The notes beneath the pieces are model-generated. The model was not told the DNA's origin. It searched no databases and saw only the letters and a list, made by a program, of their open reading frames with translations. Shown piece after piece: positions 21,293 through 31,322 of a stretch of DNA of 64,000 nucleotides; position 1 is the stretch's first letter; every line of letters starts with the position of its first letter. The stretch is from positions 59,128 through 123,127 of IMG/VR virus record IMGVR_UViG_3300035208_003581; one strand, written 5' to 3'. A program made the position numbers and the translations under genes. Origin of the DNA: a virus. Its lineage: Duplodnaviria; Caudoviricetes.

Positions 21293-21877
21293 ATGATACA
21301 AGATTATATGAGTGTTTGTAATAATTTTGAAATATCAAATGAGCAATTCGAAAAAATTTGGTGTGTGCGTTGTAAAAATACAGAATGTCAGCGTTCTTTT
21401 TCACAATCAGCATGGCTAAAGAGAGTATCTACTCAAGTAGATACTATGTTAATAAATCCTACTATTGTTGATAAAAATGACCCTCAATATGAAGGAATAC
21501 GTAAACAACATTTTGATTGTTTAAATCCACAAAAAGATGGCCCAACAACCACATATTCAATTGCAGATATACGAGAACCAACTAATTTTATTCTAAGTAC
21601 GAGTGACAGTAAAGAAGAATCAAAAAATGTTGAAACAACAAAACATTCACGAAATATTATTATTGAAAATGTTGATGTTGTAGTATCTGGAGATACTATA
21701 TTAGAGAATGTAGATGCAAAATCATTCAATAAGAATTTGAATGAGATATTAAATGAACCAGATACTGTGAGTTTTAATAAGGTTGATGATACTATGAAGA
21801 GTGTACGTACTGAAAGTAAATTTGAAAAGACTATTTTTATAAAACCAGGTGATACTGTAACTATGAGTGGGAAGTAA
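21293..21877 (+). CDS. Hypothetical protein with N-terminal Cys cluster
   Basis: [13 protein letters not shown] motif; low-complexity middle. Confidence 0.5.
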   Translation: MIQDYMSVCNNFEISNEQFEKIWCVRCKNTECQRSFSQSAWLKRVSTQVDTMLINPTIVDKNDPQYEGIRKQHFDCLNPQKDGPTTTYSIADIREPTNFILSTSDSKEESKNVETTKHSRNIIIENVDVVVSGDTILENVDAKSFNKNLNEILNEPDTVSFNKVDDTMKSVRTESKFEKTIFIKPGDTVTMSGK

Positions 21878-21879
21878 TT

Positions 21880-22080
21880 ATGCCAACATACGAATACAAA
21901 TGTTTAAAATGTGGTGAAATTTTAGAAATTGAACAAAGTATAAAAGATGATAAATTCAGTACTCATAAAGAATGTGGTTCAGAATGTGATGGAGAAGTCA
22001 CTAAATTGATTTCAGGAACATCATTTCAACTAAAGGGAACTGGATGGTATGCTACTGATTATGGTTCTCATTCATTGTAA
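21880..22080 (+). CDS. FmdB-family zinc ribbon protein
   Basis: [12 protein letters not shown]...[11 protein letters not shown] signature. Confidence 0.9.
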   Translation: MPTYEYKCLKCGEILEIEQSIKDDKFSTHKECGSECDGEVTKLISGTSFQLKGTGWYATDYGSHSL

Positions 22081-22141
22081 TCCTTTGAAAATACTGCCGC
22101 AAAGGCAGCTTAGAGATATATATGACGAGGTATTTATGGAG

Positions 22142-22309
22142 GGATAGTAACAGATAGTGTGTTGATAACCTATTAATACTTTCTATTAATAGGAGGTGAG
22201 AAGATGTTATAAATGGAGCGAGAAACATATTATGTTTCTCATTGGGAGATACACCCTATGTTAGAAATAACATAGCTAATGTTAATATTTATTAACAGAA
22301 ATGTATCGG
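22142..22309 (+). mobile_element. Non-autonomous IS607-like mini-element with omegaRNA-like 3' part
   Basis: GG at both ends. The first 54 bp are identical to 24163-24216. The 3' ~95 nt are homologous, with compensatory changes, to 61815-61905 and end in GTATCGG. Confidence 0.7.
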
Positions 22310-22317
22310 AGAATACA

Positions 22318-22488
22318 ATGATGAAAAAAACAGGCGATGCTAAACCAGCTAAAATAATAGATACAAATAAAAAAATAGATTTTTGGAATATGAGTGAGCA
22401 AGAACAGAAAAATCTAGCAAATACAATGGGAATGTCTCTTGAAGAATTAAAATTATGGCTTCAGACTAAACCAATTCTAGAACAATAA
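22318..22488 (+). CDS. Small hypothetical protein
   Basis: MMKKTGDAKP... Removing the mini-element restores a GGAGGG RBS before this ATG. Confidence 0.5.
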   Translation: MMKKTGDAKPAKIIDTNKKIDFWNMSEQEQKNLANTMGMSLEELKLWLQTKPILEQ

Positions 22489-22557
22489 TTTACAATATAT
22501 TAAACTGCCTATTCGGCAGTGAATTTATACCGATCTTTAAATATAAGGATTATTGAA

Positions 22558-22935
22558 ATGAGTAAGAAAATATTATTAGATTTTGATGGAGTATGCAATA
22601 CATATAATGGTGAGTATAATCAAAATGTTTTACCACCTATACGTAATGGTCTTGAAGATTTCCTTAAATCTTTAAAAGAATTAGGATATACTATTATAAT
22701 CTTTACTGCTCGTAAGCCTATAAAAAAGATTGTAGAGTGGTTTATAAATTATGGTTTAGGAGATTATATATATGATGTGACAAATATAAAAGAACCAGCT
22801 CAATTATATTTAGATGATAGTGGTATTACATTTAAGGGTGATTTTAATGAATCCTTGAAAACAATTAAGGAATTTAAAACGTATTGGAAAACTTCTTCAA
22901 AATTGAGGTTTATAGCAAGAAAGATTATAATATGA
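22558..22935 (+). CDS. HAD-superfamily hydrolase
   Basis: LLDFDGV, FTAR, K..A.LYLDD motifs. Confidence 0.8.
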   Translation: MSKKILLDFDGVCNTYNGEYNQNVLPPIRNGLEDFLKSLKELGYTIIIFTARKPIKKIVEWFINYGLGDYIYDVTNIKEPAQLYLDDSGITFKGDFNESLKTIKEFKTYWKTSSKLRFIARKIII

Positions 22936-23366
22936 AGGTGAATAAAGTAAAAAAAATTTGGAATCCTAAATTTAAGTCTATAGTTGATTTTTTGAATACC
23001 TATGTTGAACCAGATTCATTGATTTCTATTACTAACATTAAAGAAAAAGATAATTATGTACATGAACTTTTGAAGAATGATTATATGTTGGCATATTTGA
23101 AAAATCATATTTGGTTTTTTTACACTTTTGATATTATAACAACACATATAATCGAAAGAGCATCTGAAGAAAATATTGAAATTTATCTTGAATCTATTGG
23201 TAAATCTTGGTCTTTTGCATATAAATATATTACAAAAGAACGCTTACTGAATTTATTGTGTACGTATAATGTAACTGATTTAATGATTTCTGATATGTAT
23301 TTATATATAAATACTACTATAAATATTGATATTAAACCATCAATTTTAATGAATAATTTCAATTAG
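22932..23366 (+). CDS. Hypothetical protein
   Basis: ORF track; start uncertain. Confidence 0.45.
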   Translation: MKVNKVKKIWNPKFKSIVDFLNTYVEPDSLISITNIKEKDNYVHELLKNDYMLAYLKNHIWFFYTFDIITTHIIERASEENIEIYLESIGKSWSFAYKYITKERLLNLLCTYNVTDLMISDMYLYINTTINIDIKPSILMNNFN

Positions 23367-23368
23367 AA

Positions 23369-23959
23369 TTATTCATCCCAATTCATAGAGCTTTGTATTT
23401 TATAATCAAATGGATTTGCTCTATTGCCTATTGTAGTTGTTAAATAAGCTATTATTTTTAATGGGTTTTCTGATATCTCATTTTCAAAATCTTCTAATGT
23501 ATATTGTGATGGATAATCATGTTGTTTTTTTAGTTGTACTAAAATATCTTCTATATTTAATTCTATTTTTGTTTTAGACTTACCAACAGTTACAGAAGTA
23601 GATATTGAATTAAGAGTATCTTCTATAACATTTCTACCATCTATAGAAGCAATCCCATCTTCGTGTTCATAAAATATACCATTTCTATAGAAGTCATCTA
23701 CTTCACCTATTAGGTGGTCCATTAAATCCTTTGTATTTATTGTTATTGAAAAGCTTTTATCAGCTTGTACATTTTTAATTGTGCTTCTTATAGTGTCATC
23801 TTTATTTGATATATACCCAGATAAAAGGGAATAAATTTCTGTTTCAAGTGCATGAGGGTCTATTTGAAGAGTGTCAGCTAAAGCATGAATGTCCTCATCT
23901 TTAGGATTTGGATGTGTTATGAAGTAACGTTTTATTTGATCTTGTACTGATTCACTCAT
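23369..23959 (-). CDS. Hypothetical protein with N-terminal homeodomain-like helical module
   Basis: Likely start MSESVQ after an AAGGA RBS; FITHPNPKDEDIHALADTLQI pattern. Confidence 0.5.
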   Translation of the reverse strand: MSESVQDQIKRYFITHPNPKDEDIHALADTLQIDPHALETEIYSLLSGYISNKDDTIRSTIKNVQADKSFSITINTKDLMDHLIGEVDDFYRNGIFYEHEDGIASIDGRNVIEDTLNSISTSVTVGKSKTKIELNIEDILVQLKKQHDYPSQYTLEDFENEISENPLKIIAYLTTTIGNRANPFDYKIQSSMNWDE

Positions 23960-24075
23960 TTTAATTTCCTTTATAATTATCATTGTTATTGTCATAATGT
24001 TTATATTTATAAAAAAAATATTTAGAATTTGAAATTTTTTCTGTATACTCAAATGAAACAAAGAGGAGTTATATA

Positions 24076-24168
24076 ATGTTTCCATCAAATAATCTTTTAA
24101 AAGAATACATTGAATCATTAGAAAATATCTCTATTTATGGACACAGAGTTCAAATTATTAGAGGATAG
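24076..24168 (+). pseudogene. 5' fragment of a gene interrupted by a mini-element left end
   Basis: GAGGAG RBS plus MFPSNNLLKEYIESLENISIYGHRVQIIR, stopped by TAG inside the 54-bp repeat. Confidence 0.5.
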
Positions 24169-24216
24169 TAACAGATAGTGTGTTGATAACCTATTAATAC
24201 TTTCTATTAATAGGAG
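24163..24216 (+). repeat. 54-bp exact direct repeat of 22142-22195
   Basis: GGATAGTAACAGATAGTGTGTTGATAACCTATTAATACTTTCTATTAATAGGAG at both sites. Confidence 0.95.
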
Positions 24217-24286
24217 TTCGGATAGGTTACCATAATTATTAACAACTATGGTTAATTTCTACTAATAATTAACAATAAGGTAAGTT

Positions 24287-24865
24287 ATGACGAAATACGT
24301 AAACACAAGAACTGCTTGTAAAAATTTAAATGTACATCCTAATACTCTACGAAATTGGGATCGGGACGGCAAGGTAAGAACGATGCGTACGCCCGGCGGG
24401 CGTCGGCTTTATGATTTATCATCCTTATCCCAATCTAATCGTAGTAAAATTATATACGCAAGAGTTTCTTCAAAAGGACAGAGCAATGATCTTGACTCAC
24501 AAATACAGTATCTTAGAACAAGATATCCAAACCATGAGCTTATCCAAGATATCGGATCTGGTCTCAACTTCAAACGCAAAGGGCTTACAGCCCTTCTGGA
24601 ACGATTGCTGTCTGGAGATGTCGAAGAGGTTGTTATTGCACACCGCGACCGGCTCTGCCGGTTCGGATTTGAATTATTCCTTACCATTGCAGAGAAATTT
24701 AATACCAAAATCGTGGTTCTCGACGATGCACAGCAGTCACCACACGACGAACTCGTCGCCGATTTGCTCTCAATTGTCCACGTTTTCTCCTGTAGGCTTT
24801 ACGGACTCAGAAAATATTCTAAGAAAATCAAAGAAGATAAGGATTTATCCGAACAAAAACAGTAA
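24287..24865 (+). CDS. tnpA: IS607 transposase (MerR-like HTH + serine recombinase)
   Basis: VHPNTLRNWD...RTPGGRRLY, YARVSS, DIGSGLNFKRKGL, HRDRLCRFGFE. Confidence 0.96.
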   Translation: MTKYVNTRTACKNLNVHPNTLRNWDRDGKVRTMRTPGGRRLYDLSSLSQSNRSKIIYARVSSKGQSNDLDSQIQYLRTRYPNHELIQDIGSGLNFKRKGLTALLERLLSGDVEEVVIAHRDRLCRFGFELFLTIAEKFNTKIVVLDDAQQSPHDELVADLLSIVHVFSCRLYGLRKYSKKIKEDKDLSEQKQ

Positions 24866-25916
24866 AGAATTATTTAATAAATACCTGGGGTTATCTCGTT
24901 ATTGGTATAATAAAGGTGTAGAGTATTTGAAAATTCCAAACACTAAGGCGTATATGCCTGAAGTAAGAAAGATTCAATATAATCAACAACATGAGCCGTG
25001 GGCTCTTGATTGCCCTCAGCGAATTAGAGAACATGCTTTGTCATTAGCGTGTCAAGCAGTTAAGAATGCTAAAAAGAAATTTGCAATAACTAAATCATTT
25101 CAGATGGTTAGCTTTAAAAAGAAAAAAGATGTCCGTCAATCCTTTGGATTTGACCGTCAAAGTTTAGGAGGCGACTATGTATTCAAGCAGCTGAAATATA
25201 AAGTTAATTTTTATTCTACTGAGAAATTTGATTCTGAATTAGAAGGAACAAGAATAATTAGAGAAAACCACAGGTGGTTTTTAATAGTTCCAGCTACAAC
25301 ACTTATAAAAATTCCCGATAACCAAAGGAATAATATAGTTGCTTTAGATCCTGGAATCAAAACTTTTGTTACTTTTTATTCTGAATTTAATCATGGTAAG
25401 ATTGGGAGTGCTGATTTTAATAGAATATTTAGACTTTGCTTGTGTTTGGATAAATTAATTTCTAAAATATCCAAAGCAAAGTGTAAAGCTAAGCGCCGCA
25501 TGCGGCGGGCCGCTTCAAGATTACGTTGGAAGATTAAAGACTTAATTAATGAATTACACCACCAAACAGCTAACTTTTTAGTTAAAAATTTTAATGTAAT
25601 TCTTCTTCCAACATTTGAAACGCAGCAGATGTCTTCAAAATTAAATAGTAAATCAGCAAGGAACATGTTAAGTTTTGCACATTTCAGGTTTAAACAATTT
25701 TTAAAGTTTAAAGCGAAAGAATATAACTGTAAAGTACTTGATGTATGCGAAGCTTATACTTCCAAGACGTGTTCTTACTGCGGTGAAATGCAGGAAATTG
25801 GAAGTAAATCTATTTTAAAATGCACTAATTGTGGTGTAAAAGTAGATCGAGATTTAAACGGCGCTCGTAATATTTATTTACGAGCCTTGGCGGTTACGCC
25901 CTTTGGGCTCAATTAA
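24534..25916 (+). CDS. tnpB: IS607 TnpB RNA-guided nuclease with rearranged RuvC
   Basis: ALDPG (RuvC-I), LLPTF at the usual RuvC-II Glu position, CEAYTSKTCSYCG zinc finger, DRDLNGARNI. The start is uncertain and overlaps tnpA. Confidence 0.92.
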   Translation: MSLSKISDLVSTSNAKGLQPFWNDCCLEMSKRLLLHTATGSAGSDLNYSLPLQRNLIPKSWFSTMHSSHHTTNSSPICSQLSTFSPVGFTDSENILRKSKKIRIYPNKNSKELFNKYLGLSRYWYNKGVEYLKIPNTKAYMPEVRKIQYNQQHEPWALDCPQRIREHALSLACQAVKNAKKKFAITKSFQMVSFKKKKDVRQSFGFDRQSLGGDYVFKQLKYKVNFYSTEKFDSELEGTRIIRENHRWFLIVPATTLIKIPDNQRNNIVALDPGIKTFVTFYSEFNHGKIGSADFNRIFRLCLCLDKLISKISKAKCKAKRRMRRAASRLRWKIKDLINELHHQTANFLVKNFNVILLPTFETQQMSSKLNSKSARNMLSFAHFRFKQFLKFKAKEYNCKVLDVCEAYTSKTCSYCGEMQEIGSKSILKCTNCGVKVDRDLNGARNIYLRALAVTPFGLN

Positions 25917-25960
25917 GAGTTCAATGCATTTGTTAACAATTGTTAGCAGAAAAGTAGCAG

Positions 25961-26623
25961 ATTTCTGATATTTGTGTATCAGATGACATTTCTCGTTTAC
26001 TTCCATCTGAAATGATGAAGTTGGTGAATCCGAAATTAAAACTTTTATTCTATAAAGATTTTTATGAAAAATCTTTATTATCATATGAACTGAAAGGTAT
26101 GGAAAAAGAGGGTAAAGGTCCAATAATTATTGCTGTTGATAACTCTGGTTCCATGTCAGGGAATAGAGAAATATGGTCTAAGGCTATTGCACTTACTCTT
26201 CTTGACATTGCTATTAAACAAAAACGTAACTTTGTTCTATACCATTTTAATACTCGTGTGACTTTTACATATGAAAAAATAAAAAATGACTCTGTAGATA
26301 TTGAAAATTTATTTTCAGCTATGGAACACTTTTCAAGTGGTGGAACTTCATTTAAACAAGTTCTTGATTCTGCTTTAAATAAAATGGAACAGGATGAATT
26401 TAAAAAAGCAGATGTTATTTTAATCACAGATGGTGAAGCAGATGATCATGATGCAAAGATGTATAAAGAAAAAGCACATAGGTTAAAAACTACAACATAC
26501 GGTATTGTAATTGGTAATAAAGATTCTGCACGTCAATGTGTTGAGAAATTCTGTGATTCCACATATACATTAAACGATCTAACTCAAGATTCAACTATTA
26601 CTTCAAATATATTTTCTATTTAA
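25961..26623 (+). pseudogene. ViaA-like VWA-domain protein, 5'-truncated by IS607
   Basis: Frame open from the IS junction: ISDICVSDDISRLLPSE...GPIIIAVDNSGSM...GGTSF...ILITDG (MIDAS motifs). The N-terminal part is absent. Confidence 0.8.
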
Positions 26624-26685
26624 TTGACAATCATTTTATGTTCTGTTATAAAAAATTGATAGTTTAATAATTACTATAGGAGATT

Positions 26686-26940
26686 ATGATGGATTTATTA
26701 AAGATTACTTCTGTAACTCAATATGACCAGAAAACAGAAGAAAATTTAAAACTTGCTGTTGATATGTCCGATATTGCTCGTATTGAGCCATGCCATATTG
26801 ATGACGAGCATGATGGTAGTGCTATATACCTGAAAAGTGTAGAGAAATCTGAATCTATTCAAAATAAAGTCCCTATTTTGGTTTTAGAACATTACGATGA
26901 CCTAATTAAAGAAATGTCAGACCATCAATATTTTCTTTAA
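26686..26940 (+). CDS. Hypothetical protein
   Basis: AGGAGA RBS, TTGACA upstream. Confidence 0.55.
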   Translation: MMDLLKITSVTQYDQKTEENLKLAVDMSDIARIEPCHIDDEHDGSAIYLKSVEKSESIQNKVPILVLEHYDDLIKEMSDHQYFL

Positions 26941-26997
26941 AATTACCTAACATACTTGTATATTAAGATGTAACAGATAACTTCATAGGAGAAAGTT

Positions 26998-28920
26998 ATG
27001 AAATCGTCTTTTTATGCAGTATTGATTGCTATCAGTCTAATCGGTTGTGGTCAAAATGTAGTGACCTCTGAACCAAATACAGAGTCATGTACTATCCAAG
27101 GTACAGTTATGATATGCCCAGATGGGACATCTTATGACATGGCTCAAACAAATCCAGTTTGTACGATCAAGCATATTAGCACACAAGTAGCTATTGTGTG
27201 TGACGATGGTACAAGAATAAATGTATATGACGGTGCTGATGGTCAAGACGGTTCATCATGTACAGTATTGGATAATCTAAACGGTACTTATACAGCATCA
27301 TGTACCGATGGTACTTCAATTACTTTTGAAGATGGTCAAAAAGGTGATGATGGTAATTCATGTTCGGTATATTCTACTCCTGCTGATAATACAATGACCA
27401 TTACTTGTACTGATGGTACTGCTATTACCTTTTATAATGGTAAAGATGGTCAGGATGGTGTTGATGGTCAGGATGGTCAGGATGGTCAGGATGGTCAGGA
27501 TGGTGTTTCTTGTACAATTAATAATAACTTTGATGGTACACATACCATGGCATGTACTAATGGCACTTCTATTTTGTTACATGATGGTGCTGATGGTCAG
27601 GATGGTTCTGATGGTCAGGACGGTGATTCTTGTACTGTTCATGATAATTTGAATGATACGTATACGATTTCATGTACTGATGGTACATCAGTCACTTTTA
27701 GTAATGGAGCCGATGGAACCAATGGTACGAATGGTACTAATGGGACAGATGGTGTAGACGGAACAAATGGTACAAATGGTACAAATGGTACATCTTGTAC
27801 AGTTCACGATAATTTAAATGATACCTACACAATTTCTTGTACTGATGGTACGAGTGTGACAGTACATGATGGTGAAGATGGTGTTAATGGAACTAATGGA
27901 ACAAACGGTACTAATGGGACAAACGGTACTAATGGAACTGATGGAACCAATGGGACTGACGGGACAGATGGTTATACTTCATTAATCCGCACTGATTCAA
28001 CCACAGACTGTTATTATGGTGGTGATTTAGTTCTATTCGGTATTGATACAGACCGTGATGGGTATTTAGATGATGATGAAGTTCAAGATTCATATTTGAA
28101 TTGTTTCACAGATGGTAGTCAGTATAAGGTATATTATGGTAATTTTACAGTATATGATTATTTAGACCTTATGTATATACGTGAGTATAATCGTATCGAA
28201 GGCACATTGACTATAACTAATACTGCAATTACAGTTATTGAACTACCTAAATTAGAGTATGTAAATGCAATTGCAATTTCAGGTAATTCAGTACTAACAA
28301 CAATAAATTTCCCAGTATTAAAGCAAATAGGTGATATTGGTATCACAGGTATGGGTAGTATTGGTATTTTAAGTATTGATTTAAATCAAAATTTAACCAG
28401 TGTCCATTTTGATGCCTTAGAAGTTCTTGTTGGTTTTACAAGCAGAAGTGCTTGTAGTCATACTGAAGCAAAAACACAGATACTTATTCAAAGAAATTTC
28501 CGTCTTGAAGAGATAGATACATTTCATAATGTTCAGCTTGGAAATATAAAAATTTGTATGAATGATAACCTTCAGGTAATAAATGGCTTTGAGAATGTTG
28601 GAGCTAGTATGGATATTAATGGTTCCGTATATGATTATCGTTTTTACTTAGATAATAATCCTGTACTAGTTGATTTAATAACTTCATTTACAGATAAAGA
28701 ATTAGAAACATTGGAGCTACTACGTAATGTATCATTAAGTTTTGAATCTGCTTCATTAGTTGGTGAAGCTCACTTAGTGTCTTCTAAACTGAATGTTTGG
28801 AATGATTCTCCAGTATTAGCATATTCACGTTGTGATGCTTGCACCATAACACGGTCAGTAGACATTGTAAGTGCTTTCCAATCTCCTAGCGTAGCATCTT
28901 GTGATCAAGATTGTCCATAA
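26998..28920 (+). CDS. Lipoprotein with interrupted collagen-like repeats and C-terminal L-domain-like solenoid
   Basis: Lipobox LIGC; (GQD)n and (GTN)n runs alternating with SCTV..N...YTISCTDGT modules; DTDRDGYLDDDEV motif; LRR-like C-terminus. Confidence 0.75.
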   Translation: MKSSFYAVLIAISLIGCGQNVVTSEPNTESCTIQGTVMICPDGTSYDMAQTNPVCTIKHISTQVAIVCDDGTRINVYDGADGQDGSSCTVLDNLNGTYTASCTDGTSITFEDGQKGDDGNSCSVYSTPADNTMTITCTDGTAITFYNGKDGQDGVDGQDGQDGQDGQDGVSCTINNNFDGTHTMACTNGTSILLHDGADGQDGSDGQDGDSCTVHDNLNDTYTISCTDGTSVTFSNGADGTNGTNGTNGTDGVDGTNGTNGTNGTSCTVHDNLNDTYTISCTDGTSVTVHDGEDGVNGTNGTNGTNGTNGTNGTDGTNGTDGTDGYTSLIRTDSTTDCYYGGDLVLFGIDTDRDGYLDDDEVQDSYLNCFTDGSQYKVYYGNFTVYDYLDLMYIREYNRIEGTLTITNTAITVIELPKLEYVNAIAISGNSVLTTINFPVLKQIGDIGITGMGSIGILSIDLNQNLTSVHFDALEVLVGFTSRSACSHTEAKTQILIQRNFRLEEIDTFHNVQLGNIKICMNDNLQVINGFENVGASMDINGSVYDYRFYLDNNPVLVDLITSFTDKELETLELLRNVSLSFESASLVGEAHLVSSKLNVWNDSPVLAYSRCDACTITRSVDIVSAFQSPSVASCDQDCP

Positions 28921-28943
28921 TATAAATCAAGTATAGAGGTGGT

Positions 28944-29492
28944 ATGATGAAAATTGAAAATTTACAACCTGGCATGTTTGTAGCAATAGGTTCTAAATTG
29001 GATATGTCTCAAGACACAGTATCAAAAGCATTAATACTCTGTGTTGGTAAAGAATTAAAACAGACTAAAGAAGATGTAATTCTTATTGAAAATCCAAGGT
29101 CTGTTATTGTGCTACTATCACCATATGGTGAAGAATTTCCAGAAGTTATTAGAGATATTCTTAATATGGATGTATATGATGCTATTATTTCATTACGATC
29201 AAGTTCACGTCTAATAGCACGTACATATTTAGCAAATCAAATACCTATGTCTTGGCCAAATTGGATTATTGAAAAACAAAAAATTCTACCTGAAATTGAT
29301 TTAAACAGTTCTAAGAATGAATTAAAACGCCGAGTGAGTGAAGAAATCCCTCACCTATTAAATGAACTTGATAAGATAGGTATACAAGCATCATCTTCAA
29401 GTACAACTCCACCAGGGTCAATTACACTGCAATTATGTGATATTAAAAAGTGGATTGGTATAACAAAAAAATTAATGCATCGATATAATTAG
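28944..29492 (+). CDS. Hypothetical protein
   Basis: GAGGT RBS, 182 aa. Confidence 0.55.
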   Translation: MMKIENLQPGMFVAIGSKLDMSQDTVSKALILCVGKELKQTKEDVILIENPRSVIVLLSPYGEEFPEVIRDILNMDVYDAIISLRSSSRLIARTYLANQIPMSWPNWIIEKQKILPEIDLNSSKNELKRRVSEEIPHLLNELDKIGIQASSSSTTPPGSITLQLCDIKKWIGITKKLMHRYN

Positions 29493-29920
29493 TCTTCATT
29501 TTCTGGTATTGGTGGGACTTGTCGTGGTTCAGGATCTTCATCCTTCATAGGTAAATTGTCTATAATGGTTATTTTCTTTGTTGTTTCAGGGATATCTTTT
29601 TTAGACATTGCAGCACTTACAGTAGAAGATATTTTATCTGTAAGTGCTTGTGGGAGTGAAGCTTTTAATTTATCAGCACCATTATGAGCAAATTTTCCTA
29701 CATTATTAAACAAACCAAATGATGTTGCATTCCCAATAGTAAAATATGCCCAAATTTCAAATATGTTTATCAATGTACTTGCTTGTTCTTTTGCATTCAT
29801 TGCAGTTTTAACAATAATATCAAATGCATAATACGTGAGTGTAGTAGCAGCAATTTCAATAGCTACAGCAATAAGAAATTTACGAGTGAAGAAACTGAGG
29901 ATGAGAGATTTGCAATTCAT
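29489..29920 (-). CDS. Two-TM membrane protein (holin-like)
   Basis: TRKFLIAV followed by two hydrophobic segments and a charged tail. Confidence 0.4.
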   Translation of the reverse strand: MNCKSLILSFFTRKFLIAVAIEIAATTLTYYAFDIIVKTAMNAKEQASTLINIFEIWAYFTIGNATSFGLFNNVGKFAHNGADKLKASLPQALTDKISSTVSAAMSKKDIPETTKKITIIDNLPMKDEDPEPRQVPPIPENED

Positions 29921-30649
29921 GTCGAACTCCTTTGAAATAATGTTCTAAATATATTGTAAAAATAATATATTATTGTATAGTGTTGTTGAACCTTAATTTG
30001 AAAGGACTTGAATATGACTACTAAAATCAAAGTTAACAAATCTATGATGAAAAAATCCATTACAAAAATTTCTCTTGGAAATGTATGCCGATATACAGAA
30101 TCAGTTTTAAAACAAGAATTGGATACATTATGTATTGCAGGTAATGGGTTTAACCATATCATTCCAAAGAAAGAATTAAGTTCTGGAGATGCCTGTTTAT
30201 TATCGGCAGTATTGCAGGGTAATCATGAGATAATAAAAGTGATAACACTTTTTAAACAGATGGAAAATCATTTGTTTGTTTGGATTGAGACTTATTTTAA
30301 AACTGATCAAATTGGACAAATAAAAATTGCAGTATCTTCTTTACCAGAATTGAAGTATCAATTGAAAAGTTCAATTGATACTTTACGTAAAAAAAATATC
30401 TGTTTAAAATAATTTTTCTAAAATGGATATGGATCATGACTAGTCAAAAAAAGTGATGAAAGAGTAAAGGAACTTCTCACAGAAAATTGTGAGTTAAAAG
30501 TTCAAATAATGGAATTAAATAAAAAGATAAGAGAACTTGAATGTAAAGTTCAAACTATGAAGAACTTTGCAATGTCAATACTTGATCAATAAACAGTTTG
30601 TATACTCATTATATGTTAGTGTCTTTAACATTTAAGAGGGAGATGAAAA

Positions 30650-30823
30650 ATGGGACAGTATCGTTATTTGAAATGTATAAGTGCTAGTATTTCTGATAGT
30701 GAGAAATTTGAAACTTATCTTGATGAGGCTATGCATGCATTGAATAGTGCATGGAATTTTTCTAATGATAAATTACTACAAGATGATAATAAAGAATTTA
30801 GAAAAGCTTATGAAGCTCTTTAA
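30650..30823 (+). CDS. Small hypothetical protein (not in ORF track)
   Basis: GGGAGA RBS; MGQYRYLKCISAS...KAYEAL, 57 aa. Confidence 0.45.
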   Translation: MGQYRYLKCISASISDSEKFETYLDEAMHALNSAWNFSNDKLLQDDNKEFRKAYEAL

Positions 30824-31322
30824 AATGTGTATAAAATACACAACATATCTGCTAGATAATATCTATAGTCTATTTATATTTACCCTATCATAGATTTCTT
30901 TAATTCACATATGGGTGAAAGATGCACAAGTATAGAGTTACTTTTGGGTCTGTTGATTTAAATACTGGTGACGAGTGGAGAGAATCAAAAATAATGTCAG
31001 GTGAAGATGATCAAGAGATTGGTCGCAGGGTGTTTAAATATAACCCTAAAATTCAATGGTTATCTATAGAGTTAGTTGATTCCGAAATCAACTAAAAAAT
31101 CAACTTCTGGCTCAGAATATACAGCAGGATCATTTTTTATTTCTTCAAATAAAAAATGATCTTCAATTTGAATAGTCTCTTGAATAGTCTCTTGAATAGC
31201 TTCCTGTTTTAGAGTATCAATAATCCAAGCTTGCATGACAGCTCCTTTTTTTGGTTCTCTCTTATATATAAATATTAATTCTAAAATTAAAATTTTTTTG
31301 TATTATATTTTGGAGGTGATCT

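Larger units (their letters stand above)
24217..25960 (+). mobile_element. IS607-family element (TnpA serine recombinase + TnpB)
   Basis: Higher GC than flanks. Starts right after AGGAG (24212-16) and ends ...AAAGTAGCAG (25960), so AG is at both junctions. TTAACA-like repeats occur in both ends. Confidence 0.85.

Noticed and set aside
22142-24216. CRISPR repeats
   Set aside because: Only two 54-bp copies 2 kb apart, no spacer periodicity and no cas genes; better explained as mobile-element ends.
25974-25982. GTATCAG as the IS607 right end
   Set aside because: The VWA reading frame and family motif extend upstream to 25961, and the pseudoknot pairing points to GTAGCAG at 25960.
27440-27975. 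Non-coding repeat array
   Set aside because: The 9-bp repeats encode in-frame Gly-X-Y collagen-like triplets.
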